64,000 nt of DNA from IMG/VR virus record IMGVR_UViG_3300017963_000254, positions 10,516 to 74,515 of that record; one strand, written 5' to 3'. The stretch comes from a virus. A program made the translations under genes and the position numbers. The notes below the pieces were generated by a model. The model saw only the letters and a program-made list of their open reading frames with translations, had not been told where the DNA came from and ran no database searches. This document shows, piece after piece, positions 43,501-52,512 of this stretch (within the stretch, counting starts at the first letter, position 1; every line of letters begins with the position of its first letter).

Positions 43501-45491
43501 TCGACAGCACCAGCATCAAGCTGCTGCGACAAGTCCAGGTCGTGCTCCTGGGATTCGGTATCAAATCGAAGCTCTACCTGAACCGTGGCGGTGATGACAC
43601 GAAGGCGATGCCGGACGGACGCGGCGGTCTCAAGGACTACGAGACCAAGCCCCGGCACTCGCTCAGGATCAGCCGCTCGTCTCGGGTGGTGTTCGAGCAA
43701 CGGATCGGATTCTCCCCGATGAGCCGGAGGCAGGGCGCCCTGGAGGAGATGAACCAGACGGTCGGCGCCTATGCCGACAAGATGATCGATGCTTTCGAGG
43801 AGCTGGAACCGCTCGGCACTGAGGAAGTCTTCGACCTGCGGGTGCCCGCAGCGGCGCAGTTCGTGGCCAACGGCGTCCACGTTCACAACTGCGGCGAGTA
43901 CGGCTTCGTGGACGAGTCGGCCTGCAACCTCGCCAGCCTGAATCTGGTCAAGTTCCTCCGGCCAGATGGCTCGTTCGACACCGAGAGCTTCCGACGCGCG
44001 TGTCGGATCTTCATCCTCGCCCAGGAGATCATCGTCGATTACGCGAGCTACCCGACGAAGAAGATCGCCGAGAACAGCCACCAGCTCCGGCCCCTCGGGC
44101 TCGGCTACGCGAACCTCGGCGGCCTGCTCATGCGGCTTGGCCTGCCCTACGACAGCGACGACGGCCGCGCAGTCTGCTCGGCCGTCACGGCGCTCATGGG
44201 AGGAACCGCCTGGGAGATGTCGGCGGAGATCGCCGCGAAGGTCGGCTCGTTCGCCGGTTTCCCGTTCAACCGGGATTCCATGCTCCGCGTCGGCAAGATG
44301 CACCAGGACGCGCTCGACGACTTACCCCAGTGCCCGATCCGCGACGAGGCGAAGCTCACCTGGGAGCGCGCGCTGGACCTCGGCCGCGAGCACGGCTTCC
44401 GCAACGCGCAGTTGTCCTTGCTCGCCCCCACGGGAACCATTTCGTTCCTGATGGACTGCGACACGACGGGGATCGAGCCGACCTTCGCGTTGATCACTCA
44501 GAAGAAGCTCGCCGGCGGCGGCATGATGAAGATCACCAGCGGCGCGGTGATCGAGGCGCTCCAGACGCTCGGCTACTCGCCGGATGAGCAGCGCGCGGTG
44601 GCCGAGTACATCGACGACAACGGGAAGATCGAGGACGCGCCGCACGTCAAGCCCGAGCACTACCCCGTATTCGCGTGCGCCACCGGCAGCAACGCGATCT
44701 CACCGGCCGGACACCTCGGGATGATGGCCGCCGCGCAGCCGTACCTCTGTGGCGGGATCTCCAAGACGTGCAACCTGCCGGAGACGGCGACCGTCGAGGA
44801 CATCGAGCGGCTCTACATGGACGCCTGGAAGATGGGGCTCAAGGCGGTGGCCGTGTTCCGTGCTGGGAGCAAGGGCTGCCAGGTGCTCACGTCGGGCCGG
44901 AAGAAGCGTCAGCCGGACGAGCCGGAGGCCGAGAAGGCGCAGGATGAGCAGGTCCGCGCGCGCCGCCGCCGCCACCGTCTGCCGAAGCGGCGGACTGGCT
45001 TCACCCAGGAAGCGACGATCGGCGGTCACAAGGTCTACCTGCGAACCGGCGAGTACGAGGATGGCTCCCTGGGGGAGATCTTCATCGACATGCACAAGGA
45101 GGGAGCGACGTTGAGGAGTCTCCTCAACACGGTCGCCATCTCCATCTCGCTGGGGCTCCAGCACGGGGTGCCGCTCGAGGAGTACGTGGACGCGTTCACG
45201 TGGACGCGGTTCCTGCCGGCCGGTCCGGTCGTCGGCCACGAGCACGTCAAGACGGCGACCTCGATCATCGACTACATCTTCAAGGTGCTTGCGGTCGAGT
45301 ATCTCGGCAGGCATGACCTGGCTCACGTACACCCGCTCAAGAACAAGGGCGACAACAACGGGCAACCGCCGCCTCCGATAAACGGAGCTTCGCGCGAGGC
45401 TCAGATCTGTCCGCGCTGCGGTGGCCTGACGCAGACGAGCGGAACGTGCAGCGTGTGCGTTTCGTGCGGGGAGACCACAGGCTGCTCCTAA
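40560..45491 (+). CDS. nrdJ: Class II (B12-dependent) ribonucleotide reductase with two inteins and a C-terminal TSCPD/Zn domain
   Basis: FNSPVLFNVG, PQSSA|CFI, GSGTGTNFS, GGTTRRAAKM, NP|CGEY, APTGTISF, GISKTCN. Confidence 0.93.
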   Translation: MSPALSAASANTSAVQLKPYFTDTDDPFEGVEWDRRRAVIQNTDGSVVFEMDDVEVPASWSQRATDIVVSKYFRKGGVPETRTEKSVRQVVHRIASALASSGQQQGYFSATTARVFYRELAYLLVNQVGCFNSPVLFNVGLAEIYGIKGESAGNWAWVESLNEAVQTSDGYSRPQSSACQPYHSLVLTERGLMPIGRIVEENAVGLRVHDGAGWTEVKATKDNNTKLVYKIQLADGRQVEATADHLVCAHTQRRKKTEEWVPVGDLQPGMYMRACVKAEEAAWDTRTASVADVAKAALAGWLQTDGYVGQPESAASLIVEFETINEQERNWVLQHLPVVFGDAHYNVIDVETDDPKVDYKRIRLYGEHLRPFVDDYGLMVRNPSQVVPQRVLTGTPTEQVAYLRSVFQADGYVSLRRSAALVAVSKCSRKMMQGVQQILARLGVYARLRRAEEKRAGRHDRWVVAIANLSERERFADLIGFIAADKQAKLDESLDLDGKTCPPVRYVPVESIACVGERRVYDIQTGTGKYLCGDVLVHNCFIRSVEDDLMSIAEGIKTEMRLFKWGSGTGTNFSRLRALGEPLSGGGSSSGVMSFLRAYDTAAGSVKSGGTTRRAAKMVILDADHPDVERFIDWKVQEEKKAKVLLAAGFSGGIDGEAYRTVSGQNANNTVRVTDGFMRAAEKGESWSTRFRTSGEVATKLEARRLLRKIASAVWECGDPGIQFHDTINRWNPTPNAGEIRATNPCVSGDTLVATADGLLPIRDLVGRAPRVVTTEGEQVATDVFSTGHKPVYRLRTKSGYSLKVTADHPIWAADRNCYVKAADLKPGNKLQLVEGRFGQESLPPALAEAIGYAIGDGCISGGVLMLTAGREGADFLGAVVETLNRHKQRLAAKSGDGRTGRPVSVVEVPTGWRVATEALEVVSMFSAHGVLDRGSEHKALTDLALRLDSPSIAALLRGLFTADGTVSCDGPGGKNAYVGLDSTSIKLLRQVQVVLLGFGIKSKLYLNRGGDDTKAMPDGRGGLKDYETKPRHSLRISRSSRVVFEQRIGFSPMSRRQGALEEMNQTVGAYADKMIDAFEELEPLGTEEVFDLRVPAAAQFVANGVHVHNCGEYGFVDESACNLASLNLVKFLRPDGSFDTESFRRACRIFILAQEIIVDYASYPTKKIAENSHQLRPLGLGYANLGGLLMRLGLPYDSDDGRAVCSAVTALMGGTAWEMSAEIAAKVGSFAGFPFNRDSMLRVGKMHQDALDDLPQCPIRDEAKLTWERALDLGREHGFRNAQLSLLAPTGTISFLMDCDTTGIEPTFALITQKKLAGGGMMKITSGAVIEALQTLGYSPDEQRAVAEYIDDNGKIEDAPHVKPEHYPVFACATGSNAISPAGHLGMMAAAQPYLCGGISKTCNLPETATVEDIERLYMDAWKMGLKAVAVFRAGSKGCQVLTSGRKKRQPDEPEAEKAQDEQVRARRRRHRLPKRRTGFTQEATIGGHKVYLRTGEYEDGSLGEIFIDMHKEGATLRSLLNTVAISISLGLQHGVPLEEYVDAFTWTRFLPAGPVVGHEHVKTATSIIDYIFKVLAVEYLGRHDLAHVHPLKNKGDNNGQPPPPINGASREAQICPRCGGLTQTSGTCSVCVSCGETTGCS
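41094..42176 (+). mobile_element. Intein 1 of NrdJ (361 aa, LAGLIDADG type)
   Basis: CQPYHSLV ... VLVHN|C; LAGWLQTDG and YLRSVFQADG. Confidence 0.9.
42795..43889 (+). mobile_element. Intein 2 of NrdJ (365 aa, LAGLIDADG type) at the catalytic NPC site
   Basis: CVSGDTLV ... VHVHN|CGE; IGYAIGDG and LLRGLFTADG. Confidence 0.9.
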
Positions 45492-45518
45492 TTCGGTCGT
45501 AGGGCCGGTTCACGGATA

Positions 45519-45550
45519 GGCCGCTGGGCCGCTGGGCCGCTGGGCCGCAG
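45519..45550 (+). repeat. 8-bp tandem repeat (GGCCGCTG)x4
   Basis: Three perfect copies plus GGCCGCAG, intergenic, just upstream of TACTAT-N6-ATG. Confidence 0.85.
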
Positions 45551-45567
45551 GTTGTTACTATCGGCGT

Positions 45568-46221
45568 ATGAACGAAGCGCTCATGGCGGCCTTTATCGCG
45601 ATGGCCCTCGCGCTGGTCGAGGGCTTCAAGTACGCCATCGGCCGGCTCAAAGAGCGCGACGCCGAGAAGAAGGCCCAACAGCAGGCCGAGCAGGACAAGA
45701 AGGACCGGAAGGACCGGAAGGTTCTAAGCCCAGAGGACAAGCTGAACAGCATCCTCGAGCTGGTGTCCGCTGTCCGAACAGAGAGCGCGGACCTTCACAA
45801 GTGGCACGCCGTGGAGGACCCCGCCCAACCAGGCGTGAAGCTCTGGTGGAATACCGAGAAGCAGCAGGCGCTCCAGCTGGAGATCGACGAGAAGATCGAC
45901 TCGCTGACAACGATGCTCTCGAGCATGAGAGAGGTCCATCGGACGTGCAACGAGAGCCAGGTCGGCTTCATTCAGAGGATGCGGGACGAAAACGAAGCAC
46001 TTAGGAAGCGCATCGACGAGTTGCACGAGCTTCGAGTGGTTGACCGAGATACGCTGTATGAGCGTGTCATCGGTGTTACTGAGTCTTTCTCTCGGCGGAT
46101 CGAGGAGGGAATCTCCGGCACTGGGACTGGATCAGGAAGCGGACCTGTTGATAGCACGGCTACCACTAGGTTCACGAGGCCACAGCCACCTTCGGGCGAA
46201 GATAACGGGGAAGAGGTGTGA
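45568..46221 (+). CDS. Membrane-anchored coiled-coil protein (holin-like?)
   Basis: Hydrophobic N-terminal helix followed by coiled coil. Confidence 0.55.
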   Translation: MNEALMAAFIAMALALVEGFKYAIGRLKERDAEKKAQQQAEQDKKDRKDRKVLSPEDKLNSILELVSAVRTESADLHKWHAVEDPAQPGVKLWWNTEKQQALQLEIDEKIDSLTTMLSSMREVHRTCNESQVGFIQRMRDENEALRKRIDELHELRVVDRDTLYERVIGVTESFSRRIEEGISGTGTGSGSGPVDSTATTRFTRPQPPSGEDNGEEV

Positions 46222-46511
46222 GTATGACCGTTCAGCCGCCGACCAAGCGTGAGCCCACCAAGAGCGAATCCGGGCGAGAGCGCGAGCTGCAAGATCGGCT
46301 GCGGGCGGCCGAGGCGCGTCTCGTCCAGACGGCGGTCAAACTCCTCAAGCACGCGAAGCGCGAGGACGTCGTACGCCAGGTGGTGTTGGAGGCCGCCGGC
46401 GAGGTGTCACCGATGAACGGCAACTCGCCGGTGCATGACATCGTTCCGTTCTGGGCTGACCTGTCGGACACCCAGAAGCACAAGGTTGGCGGGATACTGC
46501 GCGACGTCTAA
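46218..46511 (+). CDS. Hypothetical protein
   Basis: Coupled to the upstream gene. Confidence 0.5.
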   Translation: MSMTVQPPTKREPTKSESGRERELQDRLRAAEARLVQTAVKLLKHAKREDVVRQVVLEAAGEVSPMNGNSPVHDIVPFWADLSDTQKHKVGGILRDV

Positions 46512-47122
46512 GCGCGGCGCTTCCGCCGCCTCGTTCCGAGGATCTCGAACGCCTCGTCGCTGACCGCCTCCTCCAGATCGACTGGTAGCCGCCGCAGCAG
46601 TCCCTTGAACTCGCGCTTGAGCACCGTGTTCTCGTGCTCCAGCTCCCTGAGCCGCGCGGCCCACTCGTTCTCGCGCTGGACGCTGTCCTTGACCTCGAGC
46701 GATGGGGCCAGGTCCCGGAGGAGCTGCTTGTAGGTGGCCTTCGAGAGCCTGCCGCGCCCGGACTTCCCGATGCGCTTGAGCACCTCGTCGTGAACGGCCT
46801 TCCGCTCGCGCACCTTGGGCACGCGCTCGAGAAGGGAGACGCCGCCGCTCCAGCCGAGGCGCTCCCAGATCGCCTTCTCGGGCACGCTCTTGAGCGCCGA
46901 GATCATCCGGCGGGCCGTCTTGATCTTGTTGCTGTCGAGGCCGAGACCATCAGCTGGATCGGCCAGGAACTCCCGGAACTCGTCCGGGGAGGTGCAGTCC
47001 GTCCAGAGGCCCTGGTAGCCCTTGGCCAGGTCCCACTCGGCTCCGCCGACCTTCTTGATCGCCTTCGCGATCTTGGTCTTGTGGGTCTGGAACTTCTCCA
47101 GCTTGAATCGCGGTGTAGCCAT
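46508..47122 (-). CDS. Hypothetical protein
   Basis: TAGAAC-N6-ATG upstream; typical codon usage. Confidence 0.7.
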   Translation of the reverse strand: MATPRFKLEKFQTHKTKIAKAIKKVGGAEWDLAKGYQGLWTDCTSPDEFREFLADPADGLGLDSNKIKTARRMISALKSVPEKAIWERLGWSGGVSLLERVPKVRERKAVHDEVLKRIGKSGRGRLSKATYKQLLRDLAPSLEVKDSVQRENEWAARLRELEHENTVLKREFKGLLRRLPVDLEEAVSDEAFEILGTRRRKRRA

Positions 47123-47131
47123 GGTGACGTT

Positions 47132-48493
47132 CTACCTCGCTCTTCTGTTTTCGGAACGCTCGTCCACCGTTCTGGGGACCAGCTCCGTTCGCAGGTACTT
47201 GAGATCCCGGGTGACCTCGTCCACGCGGGCGTCCAGCTCCGAGACCTGCTTGGATCCTTCGTGGCCGAGGGCATCTCGCAGTTCCCCGCCGGTCTCGATC
47301 TCCTCGACGAGGGTCTCTGCGATGCCGCTTACCACCTTGAGGCTCTCGAGCGCCGCCTTCAGGCGCTCGCGCACTCGGTGGGGATAGAACTCCATGCCGT
47401 CCACGATCACACGGCCGTCGCCGCGCCGGCGGTCGACCGCCTGGGCGAGTCTGGGAGAGCGTTCGCTCTCCTCATCCTCCTCGTTGTTGTAGCCGTTGAC
47501 GAAGAAGCCGAGATCGGCGAGGGACAGGTCGTGCTCGGCCAGGAGGCCCTCGACCTGGAGGATGGCTGCGCCGATCGCGTGGTACTCGACGGGGGCGTCG
47601 ATGCCGGCTTCGTAGGCCGCGCGCGCCGCGCGCTTCTCGAGTGGCGCCTCCCAGTCGCGCTCCTCCTCGAAGGGCGGCGCCAGGCCGACTACCTCGACCT
47701 GCCCGAGCGCGGACTTGATCGCCTCGTCTTCGCATGTCCGACAGAGCCGGCGGCCGTCCTGTTTGGATCGGACCTTACAGACGGGACAGAGCATGTTCTC
47801 CAGGCGCAGCCGCTCCAGCTCGGCCTCGCGCTCCTCCTGCTCGCGCTTGATCCGCGCAGCCTCTTCCTCCGCCCGGCGCTGGCGCTCGTTCTCCTCTTCC
47901 TCCTGCACGATGATCTGGAGCGCGTCGAGCTGCGTGATGCGCTCGGCACGCTTCTGTTCGGCCTCATCGACGAATTCCTTGATCGCTAACGGGTCGTCGG
48001 TGAGCACGGCGCCGCACCGCTCGTGGTAGTGGACGATGTCGATCAGCTTCGCGACCGCGTTCGGGATCTTGCACCCGCCGCGCTGCCACGAGAGCACGTC
48101 TTCCGAGTCGAGGCCGCTCGCGCGGGCTACGCCGCGATGCCCCTCCTGGACCATCGCGCAGACCGCCTGCACGTCCTGGGCGTACATGATCCGCATGACG
48201 TCGGCGAGATTGACGTTGTCGTCCACGGCGCGAATGTAGACGTTCTCGATGCGGTCGCCCTTCCAGGCAACTGACGACTGGAACTCGTCCATGTCGGCGA
48301 GGAGCGAGAGAGCTGCCACGAGCCGCTCGGTTGCCGCTTTACGGTCGCTCCCATTGGTCTGACCGCAGGCGTGAAGGAGCGCCTTGACCTTGACGGTAAT
48401 GAACCGGTGCGCGCCGACGTCCGTGGGCAGATCGAGGATGGTCCGGCGAACGGCGTCGGCGTCGAGGAAGACCGTCTTGGGGATGTCGCTCAT
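47132..48493 (-). CDS. Hypothetical protein (coiled coil + Zn finger)
   Basis: CPVC...CRTC; GAGGAG SD. Confidence 0.65.
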   Translation of the reverse strand: MSDIPKTVFLDADAVRRTILDLPTDVGAHRFITVKVKALLHACGQTNGSDRKAATERLVAALSLLADMDEFQSSVAWKGDRIENVYIRAVDDNVNLADVMRIMYAQDVQAVCAMVQEGHRGVARASGLDSEDVLSWQRGGCKIPNAVAKLIDIVHYHERCGAVLTDDPLAIKEFVDEAEQKRAERITQLDALQIIVQEEEENERQRRAEEEAARIKREQEEREAELERLRLENMLCPVCKVRSKQDGRRLCRTCEDEAIKSALGQVEVVGLAPPFEEERDWEAPLEKRAARAAYEAGIDAPVEYHAIGAAILQVEGLLAEHDLSLADLGFFVNGYNNEEDEESERSPRLAQAVDRRRGDGRVIVDGMEFYPHRVRERLKAALESLKVVSGIAETLVEEIETGGELRDALGHEGSKQVSELDARVDEVTRDLKYLRTELVPRTVDERSENRRAR

Positions 48494-48534
48494 GTCTTGT
48501 TCCTGCTCCTCACACCCCTGGTTTTACCCAGGGC

Positions 48535-49101
48535 TCACTCGCGCTTCGGTTTCTTCTGGTCGGCGCTGACCTTCTTCGCGAACCGGATGCCGAGTTTCGT
48601 CATCCCGCGCTCCGCCTGCTTGACCACGGCCGGGCCGATGCCCGGCGTCTCGCTGAGCTGCCTCTTTGTCATGCCGGCCAGCTGGTTGATGGTCTTGATG
48701 CCGGCCTTCTTCAGGCGCCACGTGTAGCAGCTCTTGATGGGGAGGGATTCGATCGGCCGCCAGAACTCCGACAGCCGAGCATCAGGCGGTGGGGGTTCGG
48801 GAGTACCGAGCGACACCCTCGCCGAGCACTCGCTCGAGGTGACGGTGGAATGTGGGTAGCCGCTGGTCGTTGTGGCGCCTGACTCGCTGGCTGGTACAGG
48901 TATCAACCCCCGGATCATGCGCTTCTCGGCGCGATCGATCAGCTCTTCCATTCGACGTACGTGCTCGCCGATCTGGGCCGGCGACTCGACCGCCATCTCC
49001 CAGGGCGTGTTTGGGTGGATCTGGAAGAGTCTCGCGATCAACCCGTTGTCCGAGATCACGTGGACGCCTCCCACTACGGCGATCGTGAGCTTGTGCTTCA
49101 T
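48535..49101 (-). CDS. Protein with RNA polymerase alpha-CTD-like domain
   Basis: 'PIESLPI...LKKAGIKTINQL...LSETPGIG' matches the alpha-CTD HhH pattern. Confidence 0.7.
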   Translation of the reverse strand: MKHKLTIAVVGGVHVISDNGLIARLFQIHPNTPWEMAVESPAQIGEHVRRMEELIDRAEKRMIRGLIPVPASESGATTTSGYPHSTVTSSECSARVSLGTPEPPPPDARLSEFWRPIESLPIKSCYTWRLKKAGIKTINQLAGMTKRQLSETPGIGPAVVKQAERGMTKLGIRFAKKVSADQKKPKRE

Positions 49102-49167
49102 CGGATATGCCTCCAGTGAGGTTCTACCCGGGTCTCCGTCGGCTGGTCCGGGTATAACCTCAGTGAG

Positions 49168-49602
49168 ATGAGGGAAAAACTGACGTGCGACTGCGGCCGG
49201 AACATCCCGGTGATCGCGTTCTGGACGGCCCTCGCCCAGGAGAAGGCGCTGAGATGCACGGAGTGCCGGGCCAAGATCACCAGGCAGAGCCTAATCGATA
49301 GGGCCGACACCGGGCTGATCTACGCTCGCGTAGTACTTGCGATCTACCGGCAGCTGCTCCAGTTCGGCTGGACCTCGTCGGACGTGATCACCAACGCTGT
49401 GCCGCACGCCGACGACGGCCAGGCGCTCGGCGGCCTGCTCGCCGGCCTGGTCCGCGCGGGACTGATCCAGCGCGGCGATCCGCCACCATCCGCATCATCG
49501 GCCTTCGCTGGCCTCGTTTCAGTTCCATCGAGCCCGGTCTTCGTGCCGGGGCCGATGTTCCCCGCGCAGGAGGATGAGAGTGTCGGGAGCCACCAGAGCT
49601 AA
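49168..49602 (+). CDS. Hypothetical Zn-finger protein
   Basis: CDCG...CTEC; similar in layout to 1272-1850. Confidence 0.5.
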   Translation: MREKLTCDCGRNIPVIAFWTALAQEKALRCTECRAKITRQSLIDRADTGLIYARVVLAIYRQLLQFGWTSSDVITNAVPHADDGQALGGLLAGLVRAGLIQRGDPPPSASSAFAGLVSVPSSPVFVPGPMFPAQEDESVGSHQS

Positions 49603-50041
49603 CCAGACGATCCGAGACGCGCTGCGATGCCCAAAGTGCGGCCAGCGCGGCAAGATTCGGCCCTCCGCGTCCGGCGCACACGATCCGGGCGTCTCGATCC
49701 GGCTGGCCTGCGCCGACTGCGGGATGCTCGGCACGTTCGTGCCGCCCGACCCTGTCGCCTGGAGCATGATCCTGCCAGCTGATGCGGTCGAGAAGATCCA
49801 GGCGTTCCTCGACAACAGCGGCCTGCCCGAGAACGCGGTGGACCTCCTCGCGACGATGCGCCGGAAGGACGAGCGGGTCGAGGAGCTGGAGGCGGAGATC
49901 CGGCAGATCGCCCAGATGGTCCACCAGGCGTACCACGGCGGCCGGCCGCCCGACGACCTCTGCGACGTGACGTGGGACAAGTGCGCGCTCGGGATCTGCC
50001 GCCGCGCTCAACACGTCCTGGGGGTGAGCGACGATTCGTGA
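49574..50041 (+). CDS. Hypothetical Zn-ribbon protein
   Basis: CPKC...CADC; GGAGG SD. Confidence 0.55.
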   Translation: MRVSGATRANQTIRDALRCPKCGQRGKIRPSASGAHDPGVSIRLACADCGMLGTFVPPDPVAWSMILPADAVEKIQAFLDNSGLPENAVDLLATMRRKDERVEELEAEIRQIAQMVHQAYHGGRPPDDLCDVTWDKCALGICRRAQHVLGVSDDS

Positions 50042-50565
50042 TCATCACGGAGCTGGGGCCGTGGAACCTCAAGGACCACCTGGATGAGTCGATGGTCGCG
50101 GTCGGGGTGCTCGAGAACATCCGGTGCCCGGAGTGCGATCGACAGGCGCGAGTCGGCTGGAAGCGAGTGGGCGTCTCCTCGACCGAGTTCTACTGCGTGG
50201 ACTGCGGCTACCTCGCGACGTTCGCTGGCACCTTCGAGCTGGAGACGGTCATCCCGTCAGGCATCTGCATGGCCGACCATGTTGGAGGACTGTCGTTGAT
50301 AGCGCAGACGAGGCTCACCGAGGCGCGGATCGGTCAGTCGGCCGTGGACAAGCTGGCGAAGATCGCCTACGACGATCTGGTCGGGAAGCTCAAGCCGCTC
50401 ATCGTGCGGCAGGACGAGCTGGAGAAGGCGCTCGAGGAGCTGGCGCAGTTCCGGCACCAGCGGCACGTCGTGCAGACGCACATCGACGGCTGGCGCGATT
50501 GCTGGAAGCCGGAGTGCAAGCGGATGCAGAATCTCTTTGCGGCGAGGGTGGAGATCGATGAGTGA
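50038..50565 (+). CDS. Hypothetical Zn-ribbon protein with SAVDKLA motif
   Basis: CPEC...CVDC; QSAVDKLAKI. Confidence 0.55.
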   Translation: MIITELGPWNLKDHLDESMVAVGVLENIRCPECDRQARVGWKRVGVSSTEFYCVDCGYLATFAGTFELETVIPSGICMADHVGGLSLIAQTRLTEARIGQSAVDKLAKIAYDDLVGKLKPLIVRQDELEKALEELAQFRHQRHVVQTHIDGWRDCWKPECKRMQNLFAARVEIDE

Positions 50566-50926
50566 CGACCCGCTTCAGATCAGCGTGAGCTACCCGATGG
50601 ACGGTCTGCCGAACAAGAACGGCCGGGTCTATCCCCCCGAGCTGTTCAAGGAGGCGATGGAGAAGGCCGTGCGCGAGGGCAAACTCAAGGTCGAGATCGG
50701 TGGCCAGTGCGAGCCGTGGCTGAAGAACAAGCCGATCTCCCTCGGCGGCAAGCGCTTCGTCAATCCCAAGATGCAGATCGAGAGCATGGACCTGGGACCG
50801 GACGGGCTACAGGCCGTGGTCCGCGTCGAGGAGCAGGCGGGAGCGGTGGATCAGCTGGCGTCGCTCGCCGACGAGGACGAGTCGAAGTCCAGCTCGGTTT
50901 CCGAGGGCGACGGCCAGACGCGCTGA
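50558..50926 (+). CDS. Small protein resembling the N-terminal part of T4 gp21-type prohead protease
   Basis: 'PNKNGRVYPPELFKEAMEK'; AVDQLASL near the C-terminus. Confidence 0.5.
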   Translation: MSDDPLQISVSYPMDGLPNKNGRVYPPELFKEAMEKAVREGKLKVEIGGQCEPWLKNKPISLGGKRFVNPKMQIESMDLGPDGLQAVVRVEEQAGAVDQLASLADEDESKSSSVSEGDGQTR

Positions 50927-51660
50927 AACCCGTAGCCGCGCTCGGACACCACGAGGATGTAGATGCGGCCGTTGATCCGCGCTCGGTAGAGCGCTTCCCC
51001 GTTCTCGTGGAAGCGTCCGTCGTAGCCGGGCGCCTGGCATCCGGCGACCTTCAGAGCGGTCTCCAAGACCTCATCCAGCATCTCGAGCCGGCGGGATAGC
51101 GCGTCTCGGTAGTCCCGAGCAGCGTCGAACTCGTCTCCCAGCGCGATCTCCTCTGGCCGCGCGATGGCGGTCAGCCGGTCGATCGCGCTCGTCAGGCCCT
51201 TCCGATCGCCCCACTCCTCGAGCGTGTATGTCTCGCTGTTGCCCCGATCGTCCCACTCTGTGAACTGCCGCTCGTGGCTCGACCAGTGTCGGTGGTAGAT
51301 GCGGCCGAGCGCTTTCGATCGCTCCCAGACGTCTTCCCAGACCGGAAGCGCGACCTCGTAGAGCCGCCGGGCGATGCGCCATCGAAGCGCCTCGATCCGC
51401 CGGACATCGTTGAGCTTGTCGCGGCGAACGAGCCAGGCAGCGCGGTAGCCTGACTTCCCGATCTCGGCGTACCAGCGGCCGATCACGCGCTTGCGCCGGT
51501 AGACGCTCCCGTCGTCGGCTAGCTGGGTGCGGTGGCCGTAGTCCTCGATCGGCAACATCCCGTGGACGCTTCCGTCGTCCCGGATGATGCCGACGTACGG
51601 GTAGATGGAGCGCTTGTAGTCCTGTAGCTCGCGGTTCGTTCGGAGTGCGGTGGCTGTCAC
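50851..51660 (-). CDS. Hypothetical protein with SAIDRL motif
   Basis: TAGAAC-N6-GTG start; TSAIDRLTAI. Confidence 0.65.
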   Translation of the reverse strand: MTATALRTNRELQDYKRSIYPYVGIIRDDGSVHGMLPIEDYGHRTQLADDGSVYRRKRVIGRWYAEIGKSGYRAAWLVRRDKLNDVRRIEALRWRIARRLYEVALPVWEDVWERSKALGRIYHRHWSSHERQFTEWDDRGNSETYTLEEWGDRKGLTSAIDRLTAIARPEEIALGDEFDAARDYRDALSRRLEMLDEVLETALKVAGCQAPGYDGRFHENGEALYRARINGRIYILVVSERGYGFQRVWPSPSETELDFDSSSSASDAS

Positions 51661-51669
51661 ACCACCGTT

Positions 51670-51981
51670 CTACCCGGCGCCGTCCTCCGTCAGCACCTGG
51701 GGCGCGGCCTTCTCGCGCGGGTCGTAGGTGCGGAGCGCGCCCATGGGCACGCGCACGCTACCTAGCCCGCCACACGTCGCGCACTGGGAGCCCTGCTTCG
51801 TCTGAGAGCACGCTGGGCAACTCAGGACGACCGTGACCTCGGTCGATTCACGTGGCGGGTTCCGATCGCAGCTCGCGCACTTCCACGATCCGTCGTCGTT
51901 CTCCACTGCATTCACGACGGCATCCCGATGCAACCCGCACCCTGGGCAGTGGGTCTGGGGGCCGACTTCATTCATCGTCAT
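51670..51981 (-). CDS. Cys-rich Zn-finger protein
   Basis: Four CxxC motifs. Confidence 0.6.
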   Translation of the reverse strand: MTMNEVGPQTHCPGCGLHRDAVVNAVENDDGSWKCASCDRNPPRESTEVTVVLSCPACSQTKQGSQCATCGGLGSVRVPMGALRTYDPREKAAPQVLTEDGAG

Positions 51982-52444
51982 CTTCCTCGCTATCCGTCGC
52001 CGGACCGCCGGCGGCGATGATGCTACCTGGTTCCGCCTTCGTCGCCGAGCGTCCGATCTTCTCGAAGCCCGGCGGGGCTAACGGGAAAGCCTCCCGTATG
52101 GAGACGCACAAGTTGATCGCCTGGACCTCGTGCATGTCCGGGGTCTCGTCTTCGAGGACGATCGTTCGGGCGGCGATCCCGTAGACACACGCCTCCCAGT
52201 CGCTCCTCTCGGCTAACGCGGCCCAGGCCCGGCGGAGCTGGCTTAGCGCTCGTTTCCTGGTCTTCTGATCGCACCGCACCTCGCGGATCAGCTTACGGTT
52301 CTCCTGGAGGAAGTTGGCGATGGGCACGCGTACGTTCCAGCCAGCGTTCTGGCAGGCGACGTACATTCGCCGCCACGCGATGCAGGCATCCCAGTCCCCC
52401 TGATCGTAGGGCCTTGGGGTGTCTTTCCGTCGTGATCGACCCAT
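51968..52444 (-). CDS. Hypothetical protein
   Basis: ATG 52444 with GGAG SD. Confidence 0.5.
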   Translation of the reverse strand: MGRSRRKDTPRPYDQGDWDACIAWRRMYVACQNAGWNVRVPIANFLQENRKLIREVRCDQKTRKRALSQLRRAWAALAERSDWEACVYGIAARTIVLEDETPDMHEVQAINLCVSIREAFPLAPPGFEKIGRSATKAEPGSIIAAGGPATDSEEDDDE

Positions 52445-52512
52445 TCCCGGATTCTCCGGTCGGGCAGCTGGCGAGTCCAGAACCGAGACGGTAGTAGATC
52501 CGTACAAAGCGG

